Below, piece by piece: positions 42,330-52,545 of a stretch of DNA of 63,005 nt. This stretch comes from Nanobdellota archaeon (GTDB taxonomy: Archaea > Nanobdellota > Nanobdellia > Pacearchaeales > GW2011-AR1). Location: contig JADFNI010000001.1 of assembly GCA_022563455.1 (NCBI GenBank), positions 1-63,005 on the forward strand, in the 5' to 3' direction. Both the position numbers and the translations under genes were made by a program. Under the pieces are notes generated by a model that ran no database searches, had not been told where the DNA came from, and was given only the letters and a program-made list of their open reading frames with translations. The number at the start of each line of letters is the position of its first letter. The stretch's first letter is position 1.

Positions 42330-44813
42330 TTATCTAAGAGTTATAAAATTAACCCCCTTGTCCACTAATTCTTGATTATTCTTTTTAATTTCTTCTGCAA
42401 AATTCCATGCAAGAATTAGTATGTTATCAGGAATATCTTCAGAGAAATTTTTTGGTCTTATAGGAATATTAACTATTGGAATAAACTTTCCATGTTTTAA
42501 TTTATTATCTTCTATTATATAGTCTATTTTTGAATCATCTATTCCAAAATAGTTTAAAACTGTTGTTGCTTTTGCTGGAGCACCATAACCTACAATTGAA
42601 CCTTTTAGACTAGAGATGTCTTCTGAGGCTTTCTTCTTTAAAGCTTCAACTCTTCTAGCAAATAATTTATACGTGTGGTAATTTTTTAGACCAAATTCTT
42701 CTTCTTCTTTCATAAATTTTATTACAGATTCCTCAGCTTCACCACTCCTTTTAATATATACTCTGATGGACCCTCCATGGGTATCAATGTGTTCTACATT
42801 AATTATTTTCATGTTTTGTCTCTCAAAAAAATTATTAAGTGAGGTAACTGACCAATAAGAGACATGTTCATGATAAATATTATCAAAAGTTAAATCTCTT
42901 AAGGTATCTAAAAGGTATTGTACTTCTATTATAAACGTTCCATCCTCTTTTAATAATTTTTTAACTGTATCTGTAATTGTCTTTATTTTATCCGTATGTG
43001 CAAAAACATTAAATGCAGTTATGATATCTGCCTTTTTATCAGTTTTGTTTACAACTGATTCGTCAAAATAGGAATTAAGGGTTCTTATTCCATTTTCATT
43101 TGCTAATTCTGAGATATTTTTAGCAGGCTCTATTCCTAAAATTTCTACATTTTTCTCTTTTAATGGTTTTAAGAAAATTCCGTCATTGCTTCCAACATCA
43201 ATTACAAATCCAGGATTATATTTCTCTACAATTTGTTCTGATAATTTTCTAAAATGATCCCTAAATGATTTAGTTGTTGAAGAAACATAAAGATAATTAT
43301 CAAATAGCTTCTCTGGAGGTACTGTGTAGGAAAGTTGACAGTAATGACATTTATCACAATAATTCATTTCTAATGGAAATGTTTCAGCCTTTGTTTTCGA
43401 ATCTAATAAATTATTAGCTAAGGGGGAATTTCCCAAGGATATGACTTTTTTCAGATTAGTGTTGTCACATATTCTGCAACTAATTTTGTAGTTGTTAAAA
43501 AGGTTTTCTCTTTCCTCTTCACTTACTAATTGATATGGAATCGTATGTTTCCCAAAATTCTCATGTTCTCTTTCTCCATTAACTAAATTTAAGAATAATG
43601 AATCTTCTAAGAATACCATTGTATGTGCAACATTAGGGGTAGTTACGACTACATCTCCTGCCTGAACAAGGTGAGTTTGTACGATTGAATTTTTTTCTTT
43701 TAAATCCTTAAATACGCTTATAAATTTTCCACTAATTAAGAGTACTTTTTGTTCCTGTATTGGATGATAATGATTTGCCCTCATAGTTCCTGCCTTGGAA
43801 GTAATCCACCCTATCCAGTTAATATGTCCTGGTAATTCATAATTTTTTATTATTCCCCTATCATCCTCAAATCCTTTGTCACTTTTAATAATATATTCTA
43901 ATTCCGTTTTATTTTTCCATTTATTTATTATAGATTTTAATTCTTCTTCTATTTTATACTTAAATTTAAATCCAGTGTCCAATAATTTTTTATTGGATAA
44001 AGTGTATCCTAAGTTTGGAATCTCATCGTCTGTTAAATTTAGTTGTATGTTTGACGCCTCCCTACATATTTCAGCAACTTCTTTCACTGTTTTGTTTTGG
44101 CTTACAATATTAAAAATTTCATTGTATATTTTGGATTCTGCAAGAAATTTTAAACATCTAGCTGTATCTTTTACACAACATAGCGGCTTATAATTTGCTC
44201 CTCCAGAAAATAATTTTAGATTCTTTCCCTGAGAGGCCATCTTTGAAAAAAGATTAGGCATTATATTTAATCTCATCGAAAGTCCATATCCATAATTTGT
44301 CGATAGTCTACAAATAATGTACTTTTTTCCACTTGCAACTAAATCTTTTTCTGTTTGTAATTTTCCAGATGAATATGTTAGAATGGGAGATGGTGAAGTT
44401 TCTTCAGTTATATTTAGTGTAGTTTTTTTTAACCCTTCAAAAATAACATGGGATGAAGGAAAGATAATTTTGCAATTGTCAGATATTGAATTTATTATAT
44501 TGATAGATCCTTCTTCCCCTATACCCTTAATTTCAAGTTCCCTTTCTTTATTTTCTTCACTAGTCAGGTGAGCTACATCAGTAACCCCAGCTAAGTGATA
44601 AACAATATCTGCACCCCTTAGAGAATTTTTTAATAAGTCTTTATTCATAATATCTCCTTCAATATAATCAATACCCCATTTTGTTAGCTCCCTTACGCAT
44701 TCAGGTATAAATCTCTTATCTAAAACTATAACCTCGTGAGTAGAATCTTTGTATAACTCGCATAATTGCATACCTATATATCCTAGTCCTCCTGTAATTA
44801 CTATTTTTACCAT
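42330..44813 (-). CDS. Tri-domain fusion: extended-SDR NAD-dependent epimerase/dehydratase + cupin (WxcM/RmlC-like) + zinc-ribbon sugar C-methyltransferase (TylCIII-like)
   Basis: The N-terminus is VITGGLGYIGMQL. The middle is FEDDRGIIKNY...RANHYHP. The C-terminus has CRICDN..L..V.SLGNSPLANNL...CDKCHYCQL followed by VIDVGSNDGIFL. Confidence 0.7.
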   Translation of the reverse strand: MVKIVITGGLGYIGMQLCELYKDSTHEVIVLDKRFIPECVRELTKWGIDYIEGDIMNKDLLKNSLRGADIVYHLAGVTDVAHLTSEENKERELEIKGIGEEGSINIINSISDNCKIIFPSSHVIFEGLKKTTLNITEETSPSPILTYSSGKLQTEKDLVASGKKYIICRLSTNYGYGLSMRLNIMPNLFSKMASQGKNLKLFSGGANYKPLCCVKDTARCLKFLAESKIYNEIFNIVSQNKTVKEVAEICREASNIQLNLTDDEIPNLGYTLSNKKLLDTGFKFKYKIEEELKSIINKWKNKTELEYIIKSDKGFEDDRGIIKNYELPGHINWIGWITSKAGTMRANHYHPIQEQKVLLISGKFISVFKDLKEKNSIVQTHLVQAGDVVVTTPNVAHTMVFLEDSLFLNLVNGEREHENFGKHTIPYQLVSEEERENLFNNYKISCRICDNTNLKKVISLGNSPLANNLLDSKTKAETFPLEMNYCDKCHYCQLSYTVPPEKLFDNYLYVSSTTKSFRDHFRKLSEQIVEKYNPGFVIDVGSNDGIFLKPLKEKNVEILGIEPAKNISELANENGIRTLNSYFDESVVNKTDKKADIITAFNVFAHTDKIKTITDTVKKLLKEDGTFIIEVQYLLDTLRDLTFDNIYHEHVSYWSVTSLNNFFERQNMKIINVEHIDTHGGSIRVYIKRSGEAEESVIKFMKEEEEFGLKNYHTYKLFARRVEALKKKASEDISSLKGSIVGYGAPAKATTVLNYFGIDDSKIDYIIEDNKLKHGKFIPIVNIPIRPKNFSEDIPDNILILAWNFAEEIKKNNQELVDKGVNFITLR

Positions 44814-44891
44814 TTGTTAAATTATTTTTATTATGTGAGTGGTTCTATTCTTCTATTTAAATAGATTACTATGTTAAAAGTTTAATTAGAA

Positions 44892-45629
44892 CTATGATTT
44901 TTTCAAGATTGTAACTCTTTCTAATCCTTCTTTTATTCCACTCTCGGGTCCCTTGGGTTTAAATTCATCAGGTCTTCCATCAAGGAATATTCCTTCAATT
45001 TTGGGATCCTGAAAGCTTTTGAATATTTTTTCTGCTACTTCTTTTCCATCCATCCCATAAGTTCCATCATCTAGCCTAATCTTTGTTGGATATACATCCA
45101 TAACCCTAATTCCGTGTTGCTTTCCTTCTGCTCTTAGAACGTCTGAAAAACCCCTTAGGCCCCACTTAGATGCTGAATAAGGAATGCTTCCCCCCTTTGT
45201 TTCTAAACTAAATACAGAGTTCATATTTATTACTGATCCACTACCCCTTCTTAAAAAAAGATCGTAAACCCCTCTTGTTATTAGTATTGGTGCAATTAAA
45301 TTAGTCTGCAGATTCCCCTGAATTTCTGTGTACGCCCATTCTTCAAATGAGATTCCTGCACGCGAGTCCGCTGCATTATTTATTAATACTGAAATATCCA
45401 TATCACTTGCTTTTTCAACAAGATCCTTTATTGTTTTATCCTCTTTTAAATCTCCTAAGACATATGAAACTCCATACCCATATGCTATTACCTCACTCAT
45501 CGTTTCTTCTAATCGACCCTTATTTCTTCCATGAAGTATAACACCATAACCATTTCTTGCAAACTCATTAGCAAGTAGCCTTCCAAGACCTTTACTTGAA
45601 CCAGTTATTAGGACGTATTCTTGACTCAT
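44892..45629 (-). CDS. Classical short-chain dehydrogenase/reductase (SDR)
   Basis: LITGSSKGLGRLLA (TGxxxGxG), NNAA and YSASKWG (YxxxK). Confidence 0.85.
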   Translation of the reverse strand: MSQEYVLITGSSKGLGRLLANEFARNGYGVILHGRNKGRLEETMSEVIAYGYGVSYVLGDLKEDKTIKDLVEKASDMDISVLINNAADSRAGISFEEWAYTEIQGNLQTNLIAPILITRGVYDLFLRRGSGSVINMNSVFSLETKGGSIPYSASKWGLRGFSDVLRAEGKQHGIRVMDVYPTKIRLDDGTYGMDGKEVAEKIFKSFQDPKIEGIFLDGRPDEFKPKGPESGIKEGLERVTILKKS

Positions 45630-45732
45630 CTAAGTTTATAAAATTGGGCGTTTTTAAATATTATGTAGATCTTTGGAGGTGTTTACTTAATTATCTAAAT
45701 CCTTATATAACTCAAATTTGCCCTTGAAGAGT

Positions 45733-46881
45733 ATGGCAAGACAAGATTATAGAATTAGTTTTGGAGATTTGAAAGTAAGTGAAAGAGCTAAAGAATATGT
45801 TAAGGATGCACTTGATACTAATTATGTTTCTGGAGGTCCTAGAGTTAGGGAATTTGAAGATGGTTGGGGAATATTATTTGGACATAAATACAGTGTTGCA
45901 ATGAGTAACGGTACTGCTGCAAATACTGCGGCATGTATGGCATTATATGATTTTGGGGCGACTAGAGGGGATGAGATAATTGCTCCTGCTTTAGCTTTTG
46001 CAGCGGTTGGAAATTCAATAATGCAGGCAGGATTTGAGCCAGCTTTTGTTGATATAAGAAGAGATACTATGAATATTGATTCTGACTTAATTGAAAGAAG
46101 AATTAATAATAAAACTAGAGCGATAATAGCTGTACATACTATGGGTAAACCCTGTGATATGGAGAGAATTATGGAAATAGCGAAGGAATATGATCTGAAG
46201 GTAATTGAAGATTGTTGTGAAGCTTATGGTGGAACTTATAGCGGAAGATATAATGGAACTATTGGAGATTTGTCTACTTCAAGCTTTTATGTTGCCCATA
46301 TTATTTCTTGTGGAGATGGGGGGATGGTTTCTACAAGTGACCCAGAAATAGAATCAGTTCTTAGATCAATAAAAGACCATGGAAGAAGGCCAGGATCTAT
46401 GTATTTTGATCATGAGAGACATGGAGCAAATTTTAGGATGAATGCGTTAACAGCCTAAGTTGGTCTTCCAGAGATAGATACTTTTTGGCAAACTTTTGGG
46501 AAAAGAGTAAAAAATTTTAGAGATTTAAGTGAAATGACTAGGGATCTGGAGGATAGGGCATATTTTGTAAAATCATCTAAGAGAGAGGGTTTGGCCCCCC
46601 ATGCCTTTAGTTTAACCTTAAAAGATCCTAGCCTAGATTATGGGAAATTTTATGATTTCTTGGATAAGAGAGGAATAGAATGTAAGAGAAATTTTGGAAG
46701 TATGCCAACTCAACATGGCGCATTTAAACATCTTGGACATAAATTAGGAGAATTTCCTGAAGCCGAATTTGTTGGAGATAATGGACTTCATTTTGGAATT
46801 CACCAATTTTTAAGCAAAGATGATATGTCATATGCTTCAGAGGTTATACATGAGTATTTTAGTAAAAAAATAATGATCTGA
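45733..46881 (+). pseudogene. ColD/RfbH-like PMP-dependent sugar 3-dehydratase (DegT family, His in place of catalytic Lys) interrupted by one in-frame TAA at 46456-46458
   Basis: Track ORFs 45718..46458 and 46534..46881 are in the same frame, and translation continues ...NFRMNALTA*VGLPEIDTFW... The motif SSFYVAHIISCGDGG has His where aminotransferases have Lys (SF...K....GEGG). Confidence 0.6.
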
Positions 46882-48927
46882 TTATTTATATGTATTCCAG
46901 GTTTTAGCTCCCTTTGATTCAAAATTAAAATTCATTATTTCCCCACCACCATTTCTGAGAGCATCCCTTATTTTATTTGTTAACTTTGGTGGATGGATAA
47001 ATAGGAGGTATCCCCCACCCCCAGACCCTAGTAATTTTCCTCCATAACAACCCTCCTGAATACCTACTCCATATAAACCATCTATTTTTTCATTAGAAAC
47101 ATCTAGAGATAAAAGTCTTTTGTCTTCCCAAGACCTTCCTATAATATTTCCAAGCTCTCTAAAATTTGGTTGTGTAGAAAATAGATTTCTTCTAAATTTT
47201 TCAGCAGAAACTTTTATCCTATTTAGTCTTTCTATATTGTCATGGAAATTATTTGTATATGCTCTTTGTTGGGCTTCATGTTGAGATCCTGAATCATGAG
47301 AACTTCCAGTGTAACATAAAGTTATATGACTTAGAAATTCGTGTCGAGATTCGTCTCCGAGGCCTAGAGGATTCATAGTGATATCATCCCTTTCAAACTC
47401 CATCCAATTAAATCCCCCATAAACGGCGGCGTATTGATCTTGTTGTCCACCTTTTATCCCCAATTCGCTTACTTCAGCTTCATAAGCAATTTCAGCAATT
47501 TTTTTTTTAGCAAATCCTAACCCTCCAAGTTCTCCTAACGTCTTAACTACTAGTGTAGCCAAACTTGCGGAGGAGCCAAGTCCTCTTCCGGGGGGAATGT
47601 CATTTCTAAGAAAAAAATCTACACCGAATCCTGGATTAACTAAGGTGTATGCAGCCTTCACAATATCAAATTCTCCATTATACTCGAGATTTGCCCCTTC
47701 CAAAATGACAGGGTCGGAATTATTATCTGATACGATTGTTAGAATTTTATCTGCCCTTCTACTTGCAATTAGATGAACATACTTATCGATGGTTGTAGAG
47801 ATTACTTCACCCCCATGATCTTTAAAATGATATTCAAGGTCTGTTCCCCCTCCTGCAAAGCTAATTCTTAGGGGCGCTTTACCGCTTACTGTTGGAAAGA
47901 TTGTTTTTATGGATGCTGTATCTTTTCTGAATCTCATATCTACAACCATTCTTCCCTCATCTAATATTGGAACGATACTTGTTCCAGTTTCCAATAATCT
48001 TTGAATATCATTTTCGCTATCTGATGTAGATCCCATTACCGTTGGATCTATAACCATTGCATCACCGATGGAATGTTCGAGATCTCCTCCATCGGTTATA
48101 TACCTCATTAAGATACTTGAATTTGCAATTCCTGCAAGCACTCCGTCTTCTTCTGTCAGGTATAATATATCAGATCCGCTATTTCTAATATGCCTAAGAG
48201 CTTCTCTTACAGTGATATCTTGGCTTGCACTTAACTCCTGTATAAGGTCTTGTCTAAATTGGAAGTAGGTTTCTGGTCTTCCAATATCAATAAAATGGCC
48301 ATCGTGTGGAAATCCATAAAGTTGCCCACTCAAAGCAATTTCTGGCAGAACTGTTTCTTCAAGAGATACTTTTCCCTGTGAGGGTATCCTCTCCAAAATA
48401 CCTTTAGAAAAAATGTAGGCTCCATTATTTACCAATCCTTCTCCTTGGCTCCCCTTCTCTAAGAAATTTTCTATCCTATCTCCACTTAATAATACACCCC
48501 CATAATCTGAAACATCTGGAACTAAGACTAGAGATATACTTCCAACAGCCCCTTTTTTTGATTCATGAAATTCTAAGAGTCTAGATAAATTTAGAGTTGA
48601 AAAGGTGTCTCCATTAAGAACAAAGAAAGGTTCATCTCCTAGGTACCCCCTTGCTAATCTTATTGCTCCTGCTGTTCCTAGAGGGGCGTCTTCTTCTGAA
48701 TAAGTAATTTTCACCCCGTGACGAATACATTCTCCAAAATGAGATTTAATATCATCTGCCATATGACCAACTCCAAGGATTATATCTTCCAGACCTTGTT
48801 TTTTTAAAGAGTTTATTTGATGTTCTAGAAAGGGCCTTCCAGCAATTGAGGCCATAGGTTTTGGCCGGTCACTTACTACCTTTCTTAATCTAGTTCCTAA
48901 TCCTCCTGCAAGAATTAAAGTTTTCAT
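46882..48927 (-). CDS. Fusion: sugar-1-phosphate nucleotidyltransferase (HddC-like) + CBS pair + GHMP sugar kinase (HddA-like)
   Basis: The N-terminus is ILAGGLGTRLR...PKPM. The middle has two CBS-like segments. The C-terminus has APLRISFAGGGTDL and PPGRGLGSSASLA (GHMP motif). Confidence 0.75.
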   Translation of the reverse strand: MKTLILAGGLGTRLRKVVSDRPKPMASIAGRPFLEHQINSLKKQGLEDIILGVGHMADDIKSHFGECIRHGVKITYSEEDAPLGTAGAIRLARGYLGDEPFFVLNGDTFSTLNLSRLLEFHESKKGAVGSISLVLVPDVSDYGGVLLSGDRIENFLEKGSQGEGLVNNGAYIFSKGILERIPSQGKVSLEETVLPEIALSGQLYGFPHDGHFIDIGRPETYFQFRQDLIQELSASQDITVREALRHIRNSGSDILYLTEEDGVLAGIANSSILMRYITDGGDLEHSIGDAMVIDPTVMGSTSDSENDIQRLLETGTSIVPILDEGRMVVDMRFRKDTASIKTIFPTVSGKAPLRISFAGGGTDLEYHFKDHGGEVISTTIDKYVHLIASRRADKILTIVSDNNSDPVILEGANLEYNGEFDIVKAAYTLVNPGFGVDFFLRNDIPPGRGLGSSASLATLVVKTLGELGGLGFAKKKIAEIAYEAEVSELGIKGGQQDQYAAVYGGFNWMEFERDDITMNPLGLGDESRHEFLSHITLCYTGSSHDSGSQHEAQQRAYTNNFHDNIERLNRIKVSAEKFRRNLFSTQPNFRELGNIIGRSWEDKRLLSLDVSNEKIDGLYGVGIQEGCYGGKLLGSGGGGYLLFIHPPKLTNKIRDALRNGGGEIMNFNFESKGAKTWNTYK

Positions 48928-48928
48928 T

Positions 48929-49876
48929 TTATAAATTTGTATGGGGATTATTTCTCAAGAGAATATTATAACCTTTAATTAGTTCATCTATTCCCTCTTC
49001 AACTGTTATATTTGCTTCAAATCCTGCTCGTCTAATTTTTTCATTTAAAACAATATAATTTCTTTTGTCTGGATCAGTTCCCTCTTCAGAAGTATATACA
49101 CTAAAATTAGGAATTTTTTTCTTTACTTTTTCTGCTAATTCTAATTTAGACATGTTTCCTGAATCAATACCTACATTATAAGGTTCATTTTTCATATATT
49201 CAAAGTGATCCATGCTGTGCATAAAAGCTCTTGAAGCGTCAGAGATGTGTAAAAAGTTTCTTCTAAAATTGGACTCATATAATTTGATGCATCCTGCAGT
49301 TAAAGCCTGATAAACAAAATCATTTATAAGAAGGTCTCTTCTCATTCTAGGGCTAATCCCAAAAACTGTTGCAAGTCTTAAGGTTACTGCATCTTTATCT
49401 GAATCAAGAAGGACTTTTTCTGCATCAACTTTTGTCCTCCCATAAAGAGATATTGGATCCATAGGAGTTTCTTCAGTACAAAGATCTGCTCCAGTTTTCG
49501 TACCATATCCACTATTTGAAATTGGGCAAACTACTTTTTGATTAGGAGACCTTAATCTATCTAAACTTCTAATTGCTTCGAAATTTATAGCGGTTGACTC
49601 AGGATTTAAGTCGCATGCAGGTGCTCCTACAATTGCTGCAAGTGGAATAATTACATCACTTTTTTTAAGGAGAGTTTTTAATATCCTATCGTCTCTAACA
49701 TCTCCATATACAAAATTATAGTTTGGATTAGAAACTAATGGGAATATTGATTGTCCTTGAGAATACATTAGATTGTCCAAACAAGTAACCTTATGGCCCC
49801 TATCTAGTAAATCTCTAGATAACACATTGCCCAAATATCCTGCCCCTCCAGTAATTAAAACGCTTTCGTTGTCCAT
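48929..49876 (-). CDS. NAD-dependent sugar epimerase/dehydratase (extended SDR)
   Basis: VLITGGAGYLGNVL and YGRTK (YxxxK). Confidence 0.8.
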   Translation of the reverse strand: MDNESVLITGGAGYLGNVLSRDLLDRGHKVTCLDNLMYSQGQSIFPLVSNPNYNFVYGDVRDDRILKTLLKKSDVIIPLAAIVGAPACDLNPESTAINFEAIRSLDRLRSPNQKVVCPISNSGYGTKTGADLCTEETPMDPISLYGRTKVDAEKVLLDSDKDAVTLRLATVFGISPRMRRDLLINDFVYQALTAGCIKLYESNFRRNFLHISDASRAFMHSMDHFEYMKNEPYNVGIDSGNMSKLELAEKVKKKIPNFSVYTSEEGTDPDKRNYIVLNEKIRRAGFEANITVEEGIDELIKGYNILLRNNPHTNL

Positions 49877-49974
49877 AAAAATTATTCTAAAGACTCCTTT
49901 TAATACTTTATTGTTGCGGAATATGAGGAATTGTATATGTGAATGTTTAAAAGGAAATTTTAAATTGTTTTTTT

Positions 49975-51576
49975 ATGGATAAGTTGTTAAATAAAATAGC
50001 TGTTGTTACAGTTACAGATTATAGGGACTATCCAAGATATTTTTGGGAAGAAATTTTAAGAGAAAAGTGCGAAGAATTTCTCTGGTTTGATCTAGAAAAA
50101 GAGTATTTTAATAATGGGAAGAAGAAAACTCAAGAAAAATTACTTAATTTTTTAGAAAAAGAGAAACCGGACTATGTTTTTATGTTTGATAGTCTTTTTT
50201 ATGATCTTGATTTGTTGTCCATATTTACGAAAATGAAGGAAATTTCTCCAAAAACTAAGACAGTTTGTTTTGCAGGGGACGATGACTTTACTTTTGATGC
50301 TTCAAGATATTTAGCATTATTTTTTGATTATTATTTAGTTGCTCAAAACGATTTTATTCCGCTTTATGAAAAAGATGGCTTAAGTAATTCTTTTTTCATT
50401 ACGCAGATCACTCCTTGCAATATTAATAAAAATGCTAAGAAAATTTATGACGTTTCGTTTATTGGTGCTCCAAAATCTGATAGAAAGGAGATTATAGAAT
50501 ATCTGATGAATAGGGGAATAGATATTTCCCTTTTTGGGGCTCCAGGATGGAATAAACATCATGAAATAAAGAATATCTATAAGGGGCCCCTTTCTTCAGA
50601 GGATTTGCCTATAACAGTTGATAAAACTAAAATTAATATATGCCTCTCTACAAATATGGCTGGAGTCCCCCATATGAAGGGAAGATTCTTAGAATATTTA
50701 GAATGCAAAGCATTTTCTCTAGTAGAATATAGTCCCCAAATGGCTGAGCTTTTTAAGGAAAATAAAGAAGTTGTTTTTTTTAGAGGCAAGGAGGATTTAG
50801 TTAAGAAAATAAAATATTATCTAAAAAATCCAAAAGAGAGAGAGAAGATAATTGATGCAGGGTATAAAAAGCTAAAGTCGAAATTTGATTTTAGAAAAGA
50901 GTTAGATAAATTTATTAAAAAAACTAAAAACGAATCAAAAAGAGATTCCTTGCCTAAATTAGATGCTACAATAATTAATCTTGATGAAGGAAGTATGAGG
51001 CTCTCTAAGAAGGACTTACTCGAAAAAATTGGAAATGACGAATATATCTCTTTTTCTAAGGGAGATGTATTAAAATCAAAGTTTAAGGATTATTTGCAAA
51101 TTTACTCATTGATAAAGAATAATAAAGATATAAGTTGTTGTGATTATTTTATCTCTTCAAAATCAATGGGAGATATTGGAAGATTTAGATATTGTCCTTT
51201 TGGAAAACTTGATGGGGCGAAGTATAATATCTTTTTAGATATAAATCAAGTAGTTGTATCTAGGAAATATTTTATTAAGAACTTTAATGTATTAAAAAAG
51301 TCTTATATAACTAATGAGGTGAGGTTTATTAATAATGATAACACTGCTTTTGTATCGGTTCCCCTTTTGAAAATAATAAAATTTAGAAAAGGTTTTTTCA
51401 ATAATCCTGAATTCTTAAATGATCTAGGGTTGTTTCTTTTTTCATTTCATAGAGAACTTTATTCCAGAAGAAAAAGGCCATTAAAAATGTTTATTTACTC
51501 TTTCTTTCTCTTTAAGGAAATATTTTTTGGAAAAACATTTATTTTTAAATATCTAATAAAAAATCTAAGAAGATAA
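49975..51576 (+). CDS. CgeB-family/Glyco_trans_1_2-like putative glycosyltransferase (533 aa)
   Basis: The middle region ..RFLEYLECKAFSLVEY...VVFFRGKEDLVKKIKYYLKNPKEREKIIDAGYKK resembles the DUF3880/CgeB family. Confidence 0.45.
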   Translation: MDKLLNKIAVVTVTDYRDYPRYFWEEILREKCEEFLWFDLEKEYFNNGKKKTQEKLLNFLEKEKPDYVFMFDSLFYDLDLLSIFTKMKEISPKTKTVCFAGDDDFTFDASRYLALFFDYYLVAQNDFIPLYEKDGLSNSFFITQITPCNINKNAKKIYDVSFIGAPKSDRKEIIEYLMNRGIDISLFGAPGWNKHHEIKNIYKGPLSSEDLPITVDKTKINICLSTNMAGVPHMKGRFLEYLECKAFSLVEYSPQMAELFKENKEVVFFRGKEDLVKKIKYYLKNPKEREKIIDAGYKKLKSKFDFRKELDKFIKKTKNESKRDSLPKLDATIINLDEGSMRLSKKDLLEKIGNDEYISFSKGDVLKSKFKDYLQIYSLIKNNKDISCCDYFISSKSMGDIGRFRYCPFGKLDGAKYNIFLDINQVVVSRKYFIKNFNVLKKSYITNEVRFINNDNTAFVSVPLLKIIKFRKGFFNNPEFLNDLGLFLFSFHRELYSRRKRPLKMFIYSFFLFKEIFFGKTFIFKYLIKNLRR

Positions 51577-52506
51577 TATTCTTTGGACTTCAGATCCATC
51601 ATTAAGTATCTTGCTTAAACCTTCTTTGAATCGCATTGGTTTGAATCCAGGATAAATTTCAAGAAATCTTGAATTGTCTGTTAATTTCTGATAGGTTCCA
51701 TCGGGTTTTGAAGTGTCCCAGTTTATTCTTCCTGTAAAACCAATTTCTTCCCCTATCGTTTCCGCGAATTCTTTTATTGAATAATCCCTCCCCATCCCTA
51801 CGTTAACTAAGTCGTTTGAGGAGGAATTCATTAGATGAATTAGGGAGTTAGCACAGTCCTCTGAATATAGAGCTTCTCTTCTTGGTTTTCCAGATCCCCA
51901 GAGGATAATGTCATCTCCACTTTTTTTAGCTTCTAGGAATCTTTTTATTAGTCCTGCAATTTGGTGACCTTCTTCAAGATTATAATTATCTCCAAGGCCA
52001 TAAAGTGATGTCGGCATAGCACATACTGTATCAAGACCATGTTGCTCATTATACTTTTGAAATCCTATAATCCCTAATATTTTTGCAGCTGCATATCCAA
52101 TGCTTGTTTCTTCAAGCTTACCTGAAAGAAAACTTTCTTCTTTTATTGGTTGGGGACAATTTTTTGGATATACACATGTTGCTCCAGTATAAAGAAGCCT
52201 GCTGTTCGGCACTTCGGTACGTGATGATTCAAGTAAATTTAATGCCATCATAGAATTATCATATAGGAAGTTTGCTTGGTGAGCCCTATTTCTTTGAATT
52301 CCTCCTACGAGTCCAGCTACCATAAATATATTATCAGGCTTTGCATCTGCAAGGTAATCTATTACCACATCTCGTTGTAATAAATCAACTTCATCATGTG
52401 ATGGTGAGGAGATATTAGAATATCCTTGTTGGTCTAAAACTTTGCATATTGCTCTTCCGAGTAATCCGCTACCCCCAAATACTGCAATTTTTGAATCTTG
52501 ATCCAT
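51565..52506 (-). CDS. fcl: GDP-L-fucose synthase (GDP-4-keto-6-deoxymannose 3,5-epimerase/4-reductase)
   Basis: IAVFGGSGLLGRAI, EVDLLQRD, KPDNIFMVAGLVGGIQRNRAHQANFLYDN and YAAAK fit the Fcl/WcaG pattern. A ColC-type reductase cannot be excluded. Confidence 0.75.
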   Translation of the reverse strand: MDQDSKIAVFGGSGLLGRAICKVLDQQGYSNISSPSHDEVDLLQRDVVIDYLADAKPDNIFMVAGLVGGIQRNRAHQANFLYDNSMMALNLLESSRTEVPNSRLLYTGATCVYPKNCPQPIKEESFLSGKLEETSIGYAAAKILGIIGFQKYNEQHGLDTVCAMPTSLYGLGDNYNLEEGHQIAGLIKRFLEAKKSGDDIILWGSGKPRREALYSEDCANSLIHLMNSSSNDLVNVGMGRDYSIKEFAETIGEEIGFTGRINWDTSKPDGTYQKLTDNSRFLEIYPGFKPMRFKEGLSKILNDGSEVQRILSS

Positions 52507-52545
52507 AATTAGCCTGATAGTTGGGGATTTATAAGTATTTATGTT

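Noticed and set aside
46456-46458. In-frame TAA as evidence of an alternative genetic code or programmed recoding.
   Set aside because: TAA is the ordinary stop of many well-defined genes in this window, for example aIF5A, P0, P1, L23, S8 and L6. A single occurrence is better explained by a nonsense mutation or a sequencing error.
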